DNA of 64,000 nucleotides from Candidatus Eiseniibacteriota bacterium (lineage in GTDB: Bacteria; Eisenbacteria; RBG-16-71-46): positions 3,680,001 to 3,744,000 of the forward strand of contig OY970342.1 in assembly GCA_963717505.1 (NCBI GenBank), in the 5' to 3' direction. Shown in pieces: positions 9,446 through 18,632 of the stretch (positions are counted from its first letter, which is position 1; each line of letters opens with the position of its first letter). The notes under the pieces are model-generated. The model worked only from the letters and a program-made list of their open reading frames with translations. It had not been told where the DNA came from and made no database searches. Both the position numbers and the translations under genes were made by a program.

Positions 9446-11041
9446 CTAGCTGCGTCGCTCGATGCCGAAGCGCTTGAGCCGCGAGGCGAGGGTCGTCGGC
9501 TTGATACCAAGGATCTCGGCAGCTCCCCCCGAGCCTGAGACCTTCCAATGGGCTTTCTCCAGCGCGGCGATGATGTTGTCGCGTTCGTGACGAGCCAGAT
9601 CGGCTTGCGACAACACGTTGCTTCCAGCGGACTGCGCCTGAGCCCTCACGACGTCACCCGCAAGGTGCGGCTGCTTGCTGCGAGCCACCGGACCGCCGGT
9701 CCCGAGTACCAGGTCGACTCGTAGAGGGCCGCGCTGGGACAGTATGACGGCGCGCTCGATCACGTTGCGCAGCTCGCGAATGTTTCCCGGCCAGTCGTAG
9801 GCGGTGAGCTGTTGCAGGGCCTCATCCGTCAGCAGGACCTCGGGGCAGTTGAGGCGGCGTACCGCGAGGTCCAAGAAGTGCACCGCCAGCAGCCCGATGT
9901 CCTCCAAGCGGTTGCGCAGCGGCGGCAGCTCGATCGGAAACACCGACAGACGGTAGTACAGGTCGCGGCGGAACCGACCGGCTTCGCACTCTTCCTTGAG
10001 ATTGTGATTCGTGGCAGCGATCACGCGCACGTCGAGCTGTCGCACCTCGTCTTCTCCGACGCGCTCGACTTGCTGGTCCTGCAGCACGCGCAGCAACTTG
10101 CTCTGAAGCGCGAGGGGGATCTCGCCAACCTCGTCGAGGAAGATCGTCCCCCTGTCGGCCAGCTGGAACCGTCCGATCCGGTCGCGCACCGCCCCCGTGA
10201 AGGCTCCTCTCACATGTCCAAAGAACTCGCTCTCGAACAGCTCGCTGGGCACGGAGGCGCAGTTGACCGTGACCAGCGGCCGTCCCCGCCGCGCGCTGCG
10301 TTCATGGATCGCCCGGGCAGCCAGCTCCTTGCCGGTCCCCGATTCCCCGGTGATCAAGACCGCGGCGTCGGTTCGTGCCACCATGTCGACTTGCTGGAGC
10401 ACCTCGAGGAGCGCCGGACTCGTTCCGACGATTTCCCCGAACGCCAACCTTTCCTTCACTTGCTCGTTGAGGTACGCGTTCTCCAGTTCAAGCTGCCTTC
10501 GAAGCCGGGCCACTTCCTCTTCCGCGCGCTTTCGCTCCGTGATGTCCCGGATGAACCCGGTGAAGATCGGCGGTCCGGCGAGCGCAACGCGGCTAATCGC
10601 CAGCTCGATCGGGAACTCGCTGCCGTCTGCACGCCGCGCGATCATCTCCGTGCGGCGGCCGAGAAGCTGGGATTCTCCCGCCTCAACAATTCGCGTCAGC
10701 CCGTGGCTGCGACTATCGCGCATCGATTCGGGGACAATCGTCTCAGCGAGCAGCTTGCCGATCACCTCGGCACGCCGATATCCGAATGTCTTCTCGGCGG
10801 CCTGATTGAACTCGAGGATCCGCCCCTCATGGTCGGCGGTGACGATGCCGTCGAGCGAGGTCTCCAGGATGGCGCTGCTGCGAGCTCCGCTTTCGCGAAG
10901 CGCCTCATGCGCTCGCTCGAGCTCCTCGAATGCGCGCGCGTTCGAGATCGCGACCGCCGCCTGGTTGGCGAACGTCCCGAGCCAGGAGAAGGCTCGCTCA
11001 TCCAGGGGTTCGCGGGTAAGCGTCGCCAACACACCCAGCAC
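9446..11041 (-). CDS. sigma54-dependent activator (partial GAF, PAS, AAA+, Fis HTH); probably N-terminally truncated
   Basis: [39 protein letters not shown]-terminal HTH; GAF similarity runs upstream of the first start codon. Confidence 0.88.
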   Translation of the reverse strand: MLGVLATLTREPLDERAFSWLGTFANQAAVAISNARAFEELERAHEALRESGARSSAILETSLDGIVTADHEGRILEFNQAAEKTFGYRRAEVIGKLLAETIVPESMRDSRSHGLTRIVEAGESQLLGRRTEMIARRADGSEFPIELAISRVALAGPPIFTGFIRDITERKRAEEEVARLRRQLELENAYLNEQVKERLAFGEIVGTSPALLEVLQQVDMVARTDAAVLITGESGTGKELAARAIHERSARRGRPLVTVNCASVPSELFESEFFGHVRGAFTGAVRDRIGRFQLADRGTIFLDEVGEIPLALQSKLLRVLQDQQVERVGEDEVRQLDVRVIAATNHNLKEECEAGRFRRDLYYRLSVFPIELPPLRNRLEDIGLLAVHFLDLAVRRLNCPEVLLTDEALQQLTAYDWPGNIRELRNVIERAVILSQRGPLRVDLVLGTGGPVARSKQPHLAGDVVRAQAQSAGSNVLSQADLARHERDNIIAALEKAHWKVSGSGGAAEILGIKPTTLASRLKRFGIERRS

Positions 11042-11146
11042 CCGGTCGCGAGAGATGAAGGGATGCGCGGCGATACTGCGGATGCCCTCGCGATGGACCG
11101 GACGAGCGTCCAGCGCGTGGTTCGCATGTGGTTCAACGGCGCGCCG

Positions 11147-12742
11147 CTATTCTCCGGCCTGCGCGGGGCCGTGCAATGACCACCAGCTCCTGGCGCGCTC
11201 CTGGGTCCACGAGTTGGGGTCCACGACCGCAGCCAGACGGCTGGACAGCTCGCGCGCGGATTGGGGACGGAGGCCTGGGTCCTTCTCGAGGCACGAGAGC
11301 ACGAGGCGGTCGAGCCCCTCAGGAATCGGCATCTCGGTTCGCGACGAGGGCGGGCTCGGCGGCGTATTCGCGTGGTGGACCAGAAGCGCCGTCGGACTCG
11401 GGGTGTCGAACACCAGGTGCCCGGTGAGCAACCAGTAGGCAACGCACCCGGTCGCGTAGATGTCCACGCGGCCGTCGAGATCGACCCGGCCCAGCGCCTG
11501 TTCCGGCGCGATGAATGCCGGCGTGCCCTGAATGACGTTCTGCCCCGTCAGCCCGGTGTGGCCGTCCGAGGCCTCGGACAGCGCCTTGACCAGCCCGAAG
11601 TCGAGGACTTTCACGAAGTCGTAGTCTTCGCCGTAGCGGCAGATGAAGATGTTCGCGGGCTTGATGTCCCGATGGACGAGACGGCGCGACTCCGCCTCGG
11701 AGAGCGAATGGCACACCTGGCGGAGCAGGTAGACGACTCGCTCGGCGGGCATCGGTCCGAACCGAGTCACCATCGTGGAGGCGTCCAGGCCGTCGAGCAG
11801 CTCCATGACGTAGTAGAACGCACCATCCTCCGCGACGCCGAAATCGAACAGATTCACAGTATGGGGTGAGCGCAGGCTGGCGGTGGCCTGGGCCTCACGC
11901 TTGAACCGACGGACCCTCTCCTCCGACACCCCGACCCGCACGTCGACATCGACCGGGCTGCGGATCAGCTTGATCGCTGCGGGGCGGGCGAGCATGCGGT
12001 GCCTGGCCCGCCACACTTCGCCCATGCCTCCCTGACCCAGCTTCTCCTCGAGCCGGTAGCTTCCCAGTTCGCGGGCGGCGGCCAGCTGGCGTCGCAGGCC
12101 GTAGATGACCCGGGCGCCAAAGTAGGCGCACGCGACAGCGATGGCGGGACTGACCGTCGCCTGCAGGTAGTTGTTCGGCTGCGTCTCCACCTTGCCGAGG
12201 AGGTCGAGCAACAGGAGGGCGAACGGAGACATGGCCGCCGCGGCGACCGCGCCCGCCGCCATCCGACGAGGCGCGCCCGGGAGAATCAGCGGGAACAGAA
12301 TGACGACCCCAGGGACCCAGGTCAGGTTCGGGAGGTCCCCCGTCGTCGCGTATTCCTCCCAGTACGAGGTCAGCGCGATCGTGAAGCAGATGACGATCTC
12401 GTAGGCCAGGCCCAGAGACACGAGGCGATCGGTCGAGACCCGGGGACTCCGCGCGGCCCACCGCAGGGCCGCCGAGACCGCGATCGTGCCAAGGGAGACC
12501 CATTGAAAACCGAGTCGTTGGGTGAACTCCGGCGGCGGCTGCGTGCCGGAGAAGACGGCCCCTGCCCAGCTGACGAAGTAGAAGATCGGATCGATCACCG
12601 TCCCGATCATGATGAACATGGCGAGGAGGCGCAGACGGCCGCGGACCTGCTCGAGGAGATCCGGTGGCAACGATGAATTCGACCCCTGCTGAGCCTCGGG
12701 AGAACTTGGGTCGGGTACCAGCAGCGTCGTGTGCTCGGTCAC
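11147..12742 (-). CDS. Hanks-type Ser/Thr protein kinase with N-terminal TM domain
   Basis: LGQGGMGEVW, AAIKLI, HRDIKPAN, DFGL, GTPAFIAPEQ, DIYATG. Confidence 0.93.
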   Translation of the reverse strand: MTEHTTLLVPDPSSPEAQQGSNSSLPPDLLEQVRGRLRLLAMFIMIGTVIDPIFYFVSWAGAVFSGTQPPPEFTQRLGFQWVSLGTIAVSAALRWAARSPRVSTDRLVSLGLAYEIVICFTIALTSYWEEYATTGDLPNLTWVPGVVILFPLILPGAPRRMAAGAVAAAAMSPFALLLLDLLGKVETQPNNYLQATVSPAIAVACAYFGARVIYGLRRQLAAARELGSYRLEEKLGQGGMGEVWRARHRMLARPAAIKLIRSPVDVDVRVGVSEERVRRFKREAQATASLRSPHTVNLFDFGVAEDGAFYYVMELLDGLDASTMVTRFGPMPAERVVYLLRQVCHSLSEAESRRLVHRDIKPANIFICRYGEDYDFVKVLDFGLVKALSEASDGHTGLTGQNVIQGTPAFIAPEQALGRVDLDGRVDIYATGCVAYWLLTGHLVFDTPSPTALLVHHANTPPSPPSSRTEMPIPEGLDRLVLSCLEKDPGLRPQSARELSSRLAAVVDPNSWTQERARSWWSLHGPAQAGE

Positions 12743-12841
12743 GCGGTCACTGTACTGCAGGGAGCATCCCTCAGCCCCGCGGCAATCTGGCTCCCGAGGA
12801 CCTCTACGGTGCGCGGGCCTTTCTGTGTTCGGGGTGTCGGA

Positions 12842-13249
12842 CTACCGGGGCCGGCGCCAGGACAGGCTCCACAGTCCTTGCACCGCGAGGATGACGGAGA
12901 AGAGCGCGGTCACGCCGAGCGCGATGATCGTCCAGATGAAGAAGAAACCTCCATCGGACTTGGCGATTTCGCCGCCGAGACCCGTTCCCCGCATGTGGAG
13001 GATGGGGACGGCCAACGAAAGTAGCGACCCGAGCAGGGTGATGACGTACCCCGATCGCCGTCCGGCGAGCACCAGCGCTCCGTACATCCAGACGGCAAAG
13101 ATGGGCACGGCCGGGAGGTTCGAGATGTTTCCCTTTTCGATCCCGCGGACGATGTCGCCCGCCACGTGCAGCGTGAAGAACAGGATCGAGAGCAGAGATG
13201 TGGTGGTCAGCATCACATTGTGTTTCATCTGACGTTCTTCGTGGCTCAT
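12842..13249 (-). CDS. Small 4-TM hypothetical membrane protein
   Basis: 3' part of the 12842..14113 ORF; ATGA overlap at 13246-13249 (alternative start 13228); hydrophobic helices. Confidence 0.7.
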   Translation of the reverse strand: MSHEERQMKHNVMLTTTSLLSILFFTLHVAGDIVRGIEKGNISNLPAVPIFAVWMYGALVLAGRRSGYVITLLGSLLSLAVPILHMRGTGLGGEIAKSDGGFFFIWTIIALGVTALFSVILAVQGLWSLSWRRPR

Positions 13250-14139
13250 GACCGGGCCTCCGCCGTTGCGATCACCGGCGCTCCCGACGACCGCTCTTCG
13301 TGACGCCAGCGCAGCACGAGTCCGATGACGACGACCAAGCCCGCCAGCTTGAGGATGGCGTACTGGACCGCGTCGATTCGGTTGCCAAACAGCAACACGA
13401 GACCCGCGACTCCCATTGCGAACAACGCCAGGACCAGCAGTGCGGAGATTCGGTCCACGGCGTATCCGCGGATGCCCCAGATCAGCAGGTAGAAGGTGAA
13501 GAACGGCACCTCGCCCACTCCCAGGACCTGTCCGTTCTGCGTGATCCATCGCAGCGTCGGCGGCAGGAGAAGCGTGCCGAGCGAATGGACCACGTAACCG
13601 GAGCCGGCAGCGAACAGCGGCCATGCCAGCCAGCGTGGGAAGAATCCCGACCGCATGATGAGGATGCCGATCGGAAACAGCCACAGGCCCCAGAAGATCT
13701 GGTTCACGATGAGGCTGTAGTTGTGGAGCTGCAGGAACAACGTCACCAGGGCCGCCACTTGTCCGGAATCGAGGACCGCCGCGACCGCGGTGTTCTTGAC
13801 CAGAAAGAGGGGCGCGATGTGGTTCAGCGTGTTGACGTACGAGATCGGCACCGACACCAGCATCATCGCGGCCATGAGTGTCGCCATTTTCTGATCGACA
13901 CGCTTGAACAATTCGTACAGCGCCAGGGCCGCGAACAGGAGAATGGTCACCCCCTGCAGTTCGGCGCCGATGGCCGCGCGCAGCAGGCCCTCCGAGGCGC
14001 GCACGCGATCCGCGGTCGCCAGGGCATCTCCCGGGACGATGAGGCGGTCGGGCACATAGAGGTAGGCGAAGGGTGCAGTCGAGCTGGCGAGCACATACAG
14101 CAGCCCCGCCCATCGGGCCTGGCTCCTGGTCGAATTCAT
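13246..14139 (-). CDS. DUF4386-like membrane protein
   Basis: ARWAGLLY, IVPGDALATA, LALYELFKRVD, IFWGLWLFPIGILIMRSGFFPRWL; GGAGGT RBS before ATG 14139. Confidence 0.75.
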   Translation of the reverse strand: MNSTRSQARWAGLLYVLASSTAPFAYLYVPDRLIVPGDALATADRVRASEGLLRAAIGAELQGVTILLFAALALYELFKRVDQKMATLMAAMMLVSVPISYVNTLNHIAPLFLVKNTAVAAVLDSGQVAALVTLFLQLHNYSLIVNQIFWGLWLFPIGILIMRSGFFPRWLAWPLFAAGSGYVVHSLGTLLLPPTLRWITQNGQVLGVGEVPFFTFYLLIWGIRGYAVDRISALLVLALFAMGVAGLVLLFGNRIDAVQYAILKLAGLVVVIGLVLRWRHEERSSGAPVIATAEARS

Positions 14140-14182
14140 GGACGAACCTCCGGCAGAGATGGGGTCGTGAGACGTCATTGAA

Positions 14183-15049
14183 TCAGGTCAGTTCGCGATC
14201 GCGTCGCAATCGGATCGCGATGAGCAGGAATGCTGCGGTCAGGCCAAGTCCAATCCAGACGCCGGGCTGTCCCCAGACCGCGGCCGGGTCGAGCAGGGCA
14301 ATGCGATCGATGACGGGAACGTCACGCGTGGGGTGCACTGCGAAGGCTCGCGCGAACGGACCCGTGAACAGATACTCGATCACGTCACGGGTCAGCGGGT
14401 GGCGGCCGAACACCATCTGCTCCGCCGCTCCGAGCCCGATCAACGGCAGGAAGGCCCAGAGCGCCCCACGCCGCCGCGCCCAGGCCGAAACCATGAGCAG
14501 CCACGCGTAGAACGGCGCCTGTACGGCCGTCATCATGGCGACGCCGTAGAAGAGCACGATGGGCATCTCGAGCAGCGGCAACTCACGCCACAACACCGCC
14601 GGGTCTCTTCCAGTCGCGATCAGGGAGAGCGTGCTTCCCACCAGCATGATCCCCTGCACTGCGAGGCTGACGGTGAAGACGAGGAGCGGGAGGACCACGA
14701 GAGGGATGCACGCCTTGGCCAGGACGGTCGTGGCGTCCGAGACGGGAAGTGACTTCCAGAACAGGATGCTGCGATCGCTACGCTCGCCCTGGAGCGCGTC
14801 GAGGCAGTAGAAGACGCCCGCCAGCAAAGCCCCCAGCGCGACCATGGCCGCGGCGAAACCGTACGGACGGGCGATGGCGTCGTGCCGGGCTTCCGCGGCC
14901 AGCGCCAGCAGGCCCGCAACCCGTTCCGGCGCGGCGATCGTGCCGACCACGAAGCTCGCAACCAGCACGAACCCCGCCGCGAGGGGACCGATCCAGATCG
15001 AGTGGTTCTGCCACAACTCGCGTCGCACCGACCATTGCAGCGGCTTCAT
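14183..15049 (-). CDS. ABC-2 type transporter permease
   Basis: RRELW, YCLDALQGERSDRSILFWKSLPVSD..VLAK; multiple TMs; coupled to ATPase. Confidence 0.85.
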   Translation of the reverse strand: MKPLQWSVRRELWQNHSIWIGPLAAGFVLVASFVVGTIAAPERVAGLLALAAEARHDAIARPYGFAAAMVALGALLAGVFYCLDALQGERSDRSILFWKSLPVSDATTVLAKACIPLVVLPLLVFTVSLAVQGIMLVGSTLSLIATGRDPAVLWRELPLLEMPIVLFYGVAMMTAVQAPFYAWLLMVSAWARRRGALWAFLPLIGLGAAEQMVFGRHPLTRDVIEYLFTGPFARAFAVHPTRDVPVIDRIALLDPAAVWGQPGVWIGLGLTAAFLLIAIRLRRDRELT

Positions 15050-15921
15050 GCGCGGGATCCTCTTTCCATCACCGCGATGAACAGGTCGCCCAGGGTGGGC
15101 CTGCGCACGTCGCCGAGCATTTCGAGTCGCTCGCGGTCGGCGCCGTCGAACAGCAGAATGCTTCCGCCGAGAACTTCGCGCTCGTGCATTGGCCGCAGCG
15201 CGCGGGCCTCGTCGAGCCGTCCCGGATGGACTCTGAGCTGTGCATAGCGGGACTCGAACGCCTCCATGGTGCCCGCGAGCACGATCCGTCCGGCGTTCAG
15301 GAACGCGAAATCGGTGAGGACATCCTGGATCTCGTCGATCTGATGCGTGGTCACCACAATGGTTCGGGTGCGATCGAAGTAGTCGTGGAGCAGGGCATCG
15401 TAGAACTGCTTGCGGGCCAGCGGATCGAGGCCGAGCGTCGGCTCGTCGAGCACCAACAGCCGCGCGTCGATGGCCATGACGACCGCGAGATGGAGCTGCG
15501 TCACGGTGCCCTTGGAGAGCTTCCGGACCTGATCGGAGTTCCGGATCCCGCCCCTCGCCAGGAACCCCTCGGCCTTGGCGCGGTCGAAGCGCGGATGCAC
15601 GCCGGCGACGTAGTCGAGCAGCTGGCCCACGCGGATCCAGCGCGGGAGCACGGCGACGTCGGCGATGAACGAGACGTCGCGCATGAGCCGGTGTCGTTCG
15701 CTACGCGGATCCTTGCCGAGGACCCGAACCGAGCCCTGGTACGCGACCAGGCCGAGCAGGGCATGGAGTGCGGTGCTCTTGCCCGCGCCATTGGGACCCA
15801 CCAGCCCCAGGATGTGTCCTTCTTCGACGACGAGATCGATACCGTCCAGAGCGACGACGGAGCCATAGGTCTTGCGAAGTCCCTTCACCTCGACGCACGG
15901 CATGGAATTGGCGCTCCTCAT
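15046..15921 (-). CDS. ABC transporter ATP-binding protein
   Basis: Walker A GPNGAGKST, LSKG signature, LLVLDEPT, TTH; ATGA overlap with GntR gene. Confidence 0.92.
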   Translation of the reverse strand: MRSANSMPCVEVKGLRKTYGSVVALDGIDLVVEEGHILGLVGPNGAGKSTALHALLGLVAYQGSVRVLGKDPRSERHRLMRDVSFIADVAVLPRWIRVGQLLDYVAGVHPRFDRAKAEGFLARGGIRNSDQVRKLSKGTVTQLHLAVVMAIDARLLVLDEPTLGLDPLARKQFYDALLHDYFDRTRTIVVTTHQIDEIQDVLTDFAFLNAGRIVLAGTMEAFESRYAQLRVHPGRLDEARALRPMHEREVLGGSILLFDGADRERLEMLGDVRRPTLGDLFIAVMERGSRA

Positions 15922-16298
15922 GGGGTCTCTTTCGAGCGGCGCACCGGACGAGGCGGGTGGAGCAGATCTTCCGGGCTCAGGCCGAGGCGCTGAATCGTGG
16001 CACGCACCTTGGGCCACTCTTCCTTCATGAACTTCTCGCGCTCGGCCCGAAGCAGCCGTTCGCGCGCGCCAACATGGATGAACATCCCCCGCCCGCGCTT
16101 GACCTCCACTAGCTCCTCGTCGACGAGCTGCTGATACCCCTTGAGGACGGTGATCGGGTTGATCCGCAATTCGGCAGCGATCGAGCGCACCGACGGCAGC
16201 GGGGCGCCCTCTTTGAGGACGCCTTCGATAATCATCACGACGATCCGGGCGTGGAGCTGCCGGTAGATGGGTTGACTGTCGTTCCAATCACGATCCAT
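15918..16298 (-). CDS. GntR-family (YtrA-like) transcriptional regulator
   Basis: PIYRQL...LPSVRSIAAELRINPITVLKGYQQL..E..VKRGRGMF; short; upstream of ABC genes. Confidence 0.92.
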   Translation of the reverse strand: MDRDWNDSQPIYRQLHARIVVMIIEGVLKEGAPLPSVRSIAAELRINPITVLKGYQQLVDEELVEVKRGRGMFIHVGARERLLRAEREKFMKEEWPKVRATIQRLGLSPEDLLHPPRPVRRSKETP

Positions 16299-16350
16299 GC
16301 GGTCAGCCGCGGTCTCCGGGGGTCTATGGTCGCGGGCGTGCTGCGATCTA

Positions 16351-16372
16351 GTGTTGTAGCTAACCATAACGC
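16351..16372. promoter_or_regulatory. Imperfect palindrome, putative YtrA-type operator
   Basis: GTGTTGT-AGCTAACC-ATAACGC, an AT-rich imperfect inverted repeat upstream of the GntR gene. Confidence 0.45.
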
Positions 16373-16411
16373 CAGCACACTTGCAAAGGGACGCGTATGC
16401 CGCGCACTTTC

Positions 16412-16451
16412 GGTTCACCCCGAGTGTGGGTCCGACTCCCACCTCCGGCAC
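16412..16451 (+). repeat. Direct repeat of tRNA-Leu 3' end (att site)
   Basis: GGTTCACCCCGAGTGTGGGTCCGACTCCCACCTCCGGCAC matches 6562-6601 with 3 mismatches. Confidence 0.9.
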
Positions 16452-16469
16452 TGAAAAGGAGACAACGCG

Positions 16470-17120
16470 ATGAAGGTCGGAATCTTGGGAACGGGTGAAG
16501 TGGGTCAGGCTCTCGGCAGGGCGTTCGTCACCCACGGCGATGAGGTGAAGTTGGGGGCTCGTGATGCCGGGAACGAGAAGGCACTCGCCTGGGCGAAACA
16601 GACTGGATCCAAGGCCTCGACCGGCACATTTGCCGAGGCGACCGCGTTCGGCGACATCGTGGTGCTCGCGACACTCGGCGTGGCCAACGACAGCGCGATC
16701 ACTCGGGCCGGCCGCGACCGGTTCCGCGGCAAGGTCGTGATCGACACCACCAACCCTCTCGATTTCTCGAAGGGCGTTCCGCCGACCCTCGCCGTCTCGG
16801 GCAACGACTCCGCCGGCGAGCAGGTGCAGAGGCTGCTGCCCGATGCTCGGGTGGTGAAAGCGTTCAACACGGTCGGCAACGCGCACATGTTCCGTCCCGC
16901 GTTTCCGGGCGGGCCGCCCGACATGTTCATTTGCGGCAATGACGCCGGCGCGAAACAACAGGTCACCGGAATCCTGAAGGACTTCGGTTGGGGCGTCATC
17001 GACGTGGGTGGAATCGAAAGCTCTCGCTACCTCGAAGCCATGTGCCTGGTCTGGGTCCTTGCCGCGTTCTCCACGACCCCGCCTTCCTGGAACCACGCCT
17101 TCAAGATGCTCAGGAAGTGA
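16470..17120 (+). CDS. NADPH-dependent F420 reductase-like dinucleotide-binding oxidoreductase
   Basis: MKVGILGTGEVG, KVVIDTTNPL, VVKAFNTVG, DVGGIESSRYLE; AGGAG RBS. Confidence 0.88.
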   Translation: MKVGILGTGEVGQALGRAFVTHGDEVKLGARDAGNEKALAWAKQTGSKASTGTFAEATAFGDIVVLATLGVANDSAITRAGRDRFRGKVVIDTTNPLDFSKGVPPTLAVSGNDSAGEQVQRLLPDARVVKAFNTVGNAHMFRPAFPGGPPDMFICGNDAGAKQQVTGILKDFGWGVIDVGGIESSRYLEAMCLVWVLAAFSTTPPSWNHAFKMLRK

Positions 17121-17134
17121 GCGGGCCCGCCGCG

Positions 17135-18610
17135 ATGAGTTCGAACCAGCGACAACTACCTGACGGGCGCGTGGAGCTCGTCGACACCGCGCCGATCGAG
17201 CAGAGCCCGCTCTACAATCACGACCTCGCACCCGTCCCCGTGGCGCGGCGCAACTGGACCACCTACAACTACGCCGCGCTCTGGATCTCGATGGCGCACT
17301 GCATCCCGACCTACATGCTGGCGTCGGGGTTGATGGCGCAGGGGATGAACTGGCAGCAGGCGCTGTTCACCATCCTGCTCGGCAACATGATCGTCCTCAT
17401 CCCGATTCTGCTCAACTCGCATCCCGGCACCAAGTACGGCATCCCCTTTCCGGTGTTCGCGCGCGCGGCCTACGGTACGGCGGGATCCAACCTGCCGGCG
17501 CTGATGCGCGCACTGGTGGCGTGCGGGTGGTTCGGCATCCAGGCCTGGATCGGCGGTGAGGCGCTGAATACGTTCTTCGCCGCTCTGATCCCGAACTGGA
17601 ACACGCTGCTCGGCCCCGGATTCGGCGGGCACACGACCAGCGAGTGGCTGTCGTTCATGCTCTTCTGGGGGCTGAACATCTGGATCATCTACCGTGGCAT
17701 GAACCTGCTCCGGCAGGTGGAGAACTGGGCCGCGCCCTACGTTCTGGTGGTCACGCTCGGGCTCCTGATATGGGCGGTGAATGCCGCGCACGGCTTTGGC
17801 CCTCTGTTGTCGCAGCCCGGAAAGTTCCAGACGATGGGCGAGTTCCTGCCGGTGTTCTGGCCGTCGCTCACCGCGATGATCGGCTTCTGGGCGACGCTGT
17901 CGCTCAACATGCCGGATTTCACCCGCTTCGGACGCAGCCAGCGCGAGCAGGTCCTCGGCCAGACCGTGGCGCTCCCCACCACCATGTTCGCCTTCGCGGC
18001 GATGGGCGTGATGATCACCAGCGCCACCGCCATCATCTACGGCGAGGCGATCTGGGATCCGGTGAAGCTGGTCGGGAAGTTCGGGAATCCGTTCGTGGTC
18101 GGGTTCGCGATGTTCTCGGTGGTGGTCGCCACGCTGGCAGTGAACATCGCCGCCAATGTGGTCTCCCCCGCCAATGATTTCGCCAATGCGCTGCCGCGAT
18201 GGATCAGCTTCAGGACCGGCGGGCTCATCACGGGGTTGATCGGCATCGCGATGCAGCCGTGGCGGCTGCTCGCCGATCCCAAGGGCTACATCTTCGCCTG
18301 GCTGGTCGGCTACTCGGGCGGGCTCGGATCGATCGCCGGCGTGCTGATCGCCGACTACTGGATCCTGCGGCGACGCTCGCTCGATCTCGCCGACCTCTAC
18401 CTGCCCAAGGGCCGCTACGGCGGCTGGAACCCCGCGGCCGTGGCCGCCACCCTCGCCGGCTGCGCGCTGGCGTGGGGAGGGCTCGTGTTCCCACCACTCC
18501 GTCCGCTCTACGACTACGCCTGGTTCGTCGGCTTCCTCTCCGCCGGCGCGATCTACCTGCTCTTCGCGCGCCGGCGAGGCGTTGTGCAAGCCCCAGTGCC
18601 GGCAGCCTAG
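17135..18610 (+). CDS. NCS1 nucleobase:cation symporter
   Basis: NHDLAP, PGTKYGIPFPV, ACGWFGIQ, FWATLSLNMPDFTRF, NIAANVVSP; alternative start GTG 17117. Confidence 0.93.
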   Translation: MSSNQRQLPDGRVELVDTAPIEQSPLYNHDLAPVPVARRNWTTYNYAALWISMAHCIPTYMLASGLMAQGMNWQQALFTILLGNMIVLIPILLNSHPGTKYGIPFPVFARAAYGTAGSNLPALMRALVACGWFGIQAWIGGEALNTFFAALIPNWNTLLGPGFGGHTTSEWLSFMLFWGLNIWIIYRGMNLLRQVENWAAPYVLVVTLGLLIWAVNAAHGFGPLLSQPGKFQTMGEFLPVFWPSLTAMIGFWATLSLNMPDFTRFGRSQREQVLGQTVALPTTMFAFAAMGVMITSATAIIYGEAIWDPVKLVGKFGNPFVVGFAMFSVVVATLAVNIAANVVSPANDFANALPRWISFRTGGLITGLIGIAMQPWRLLADPKGYIFAWLVGYSGGLGSIAGVLIADYWILRRRSLDLADLYLPKGRYGGWNPAAVAATLAGCALAWGGLVFPPLRPLYDYAWFVGFLSAGAIYLLFARRRGVVQAPVPAA

Positions 18611-18632
18611 GCGACGGCTCCGATCTCGAGCG

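Larger units (their letters stand above)
6562..16451. mobile_element. Degenerate genomic island integrated at the tRNA-Leu 3' end (no integrase found)
   Basis: Flanked by 37/40-nt direct repeat of the tRNA 3' end (6562-6601 vs 16412-16451); contains truncated and fused genes. Confidence 0.7.

Noticed and set aside
11041-11149. TAG readthrough fusing the Ser/Thr kinase to the in-frame sigma54 activator
   Set aside because: Kinase ends normally and the intervening codons do not restore a full GAF domain; a deletion junction is simpler
16412-16451. Second tRNA gene
   Set aside because: Only the 3' 40 nt are present; no D or anticodon arm, T-loop mutated, no CCA
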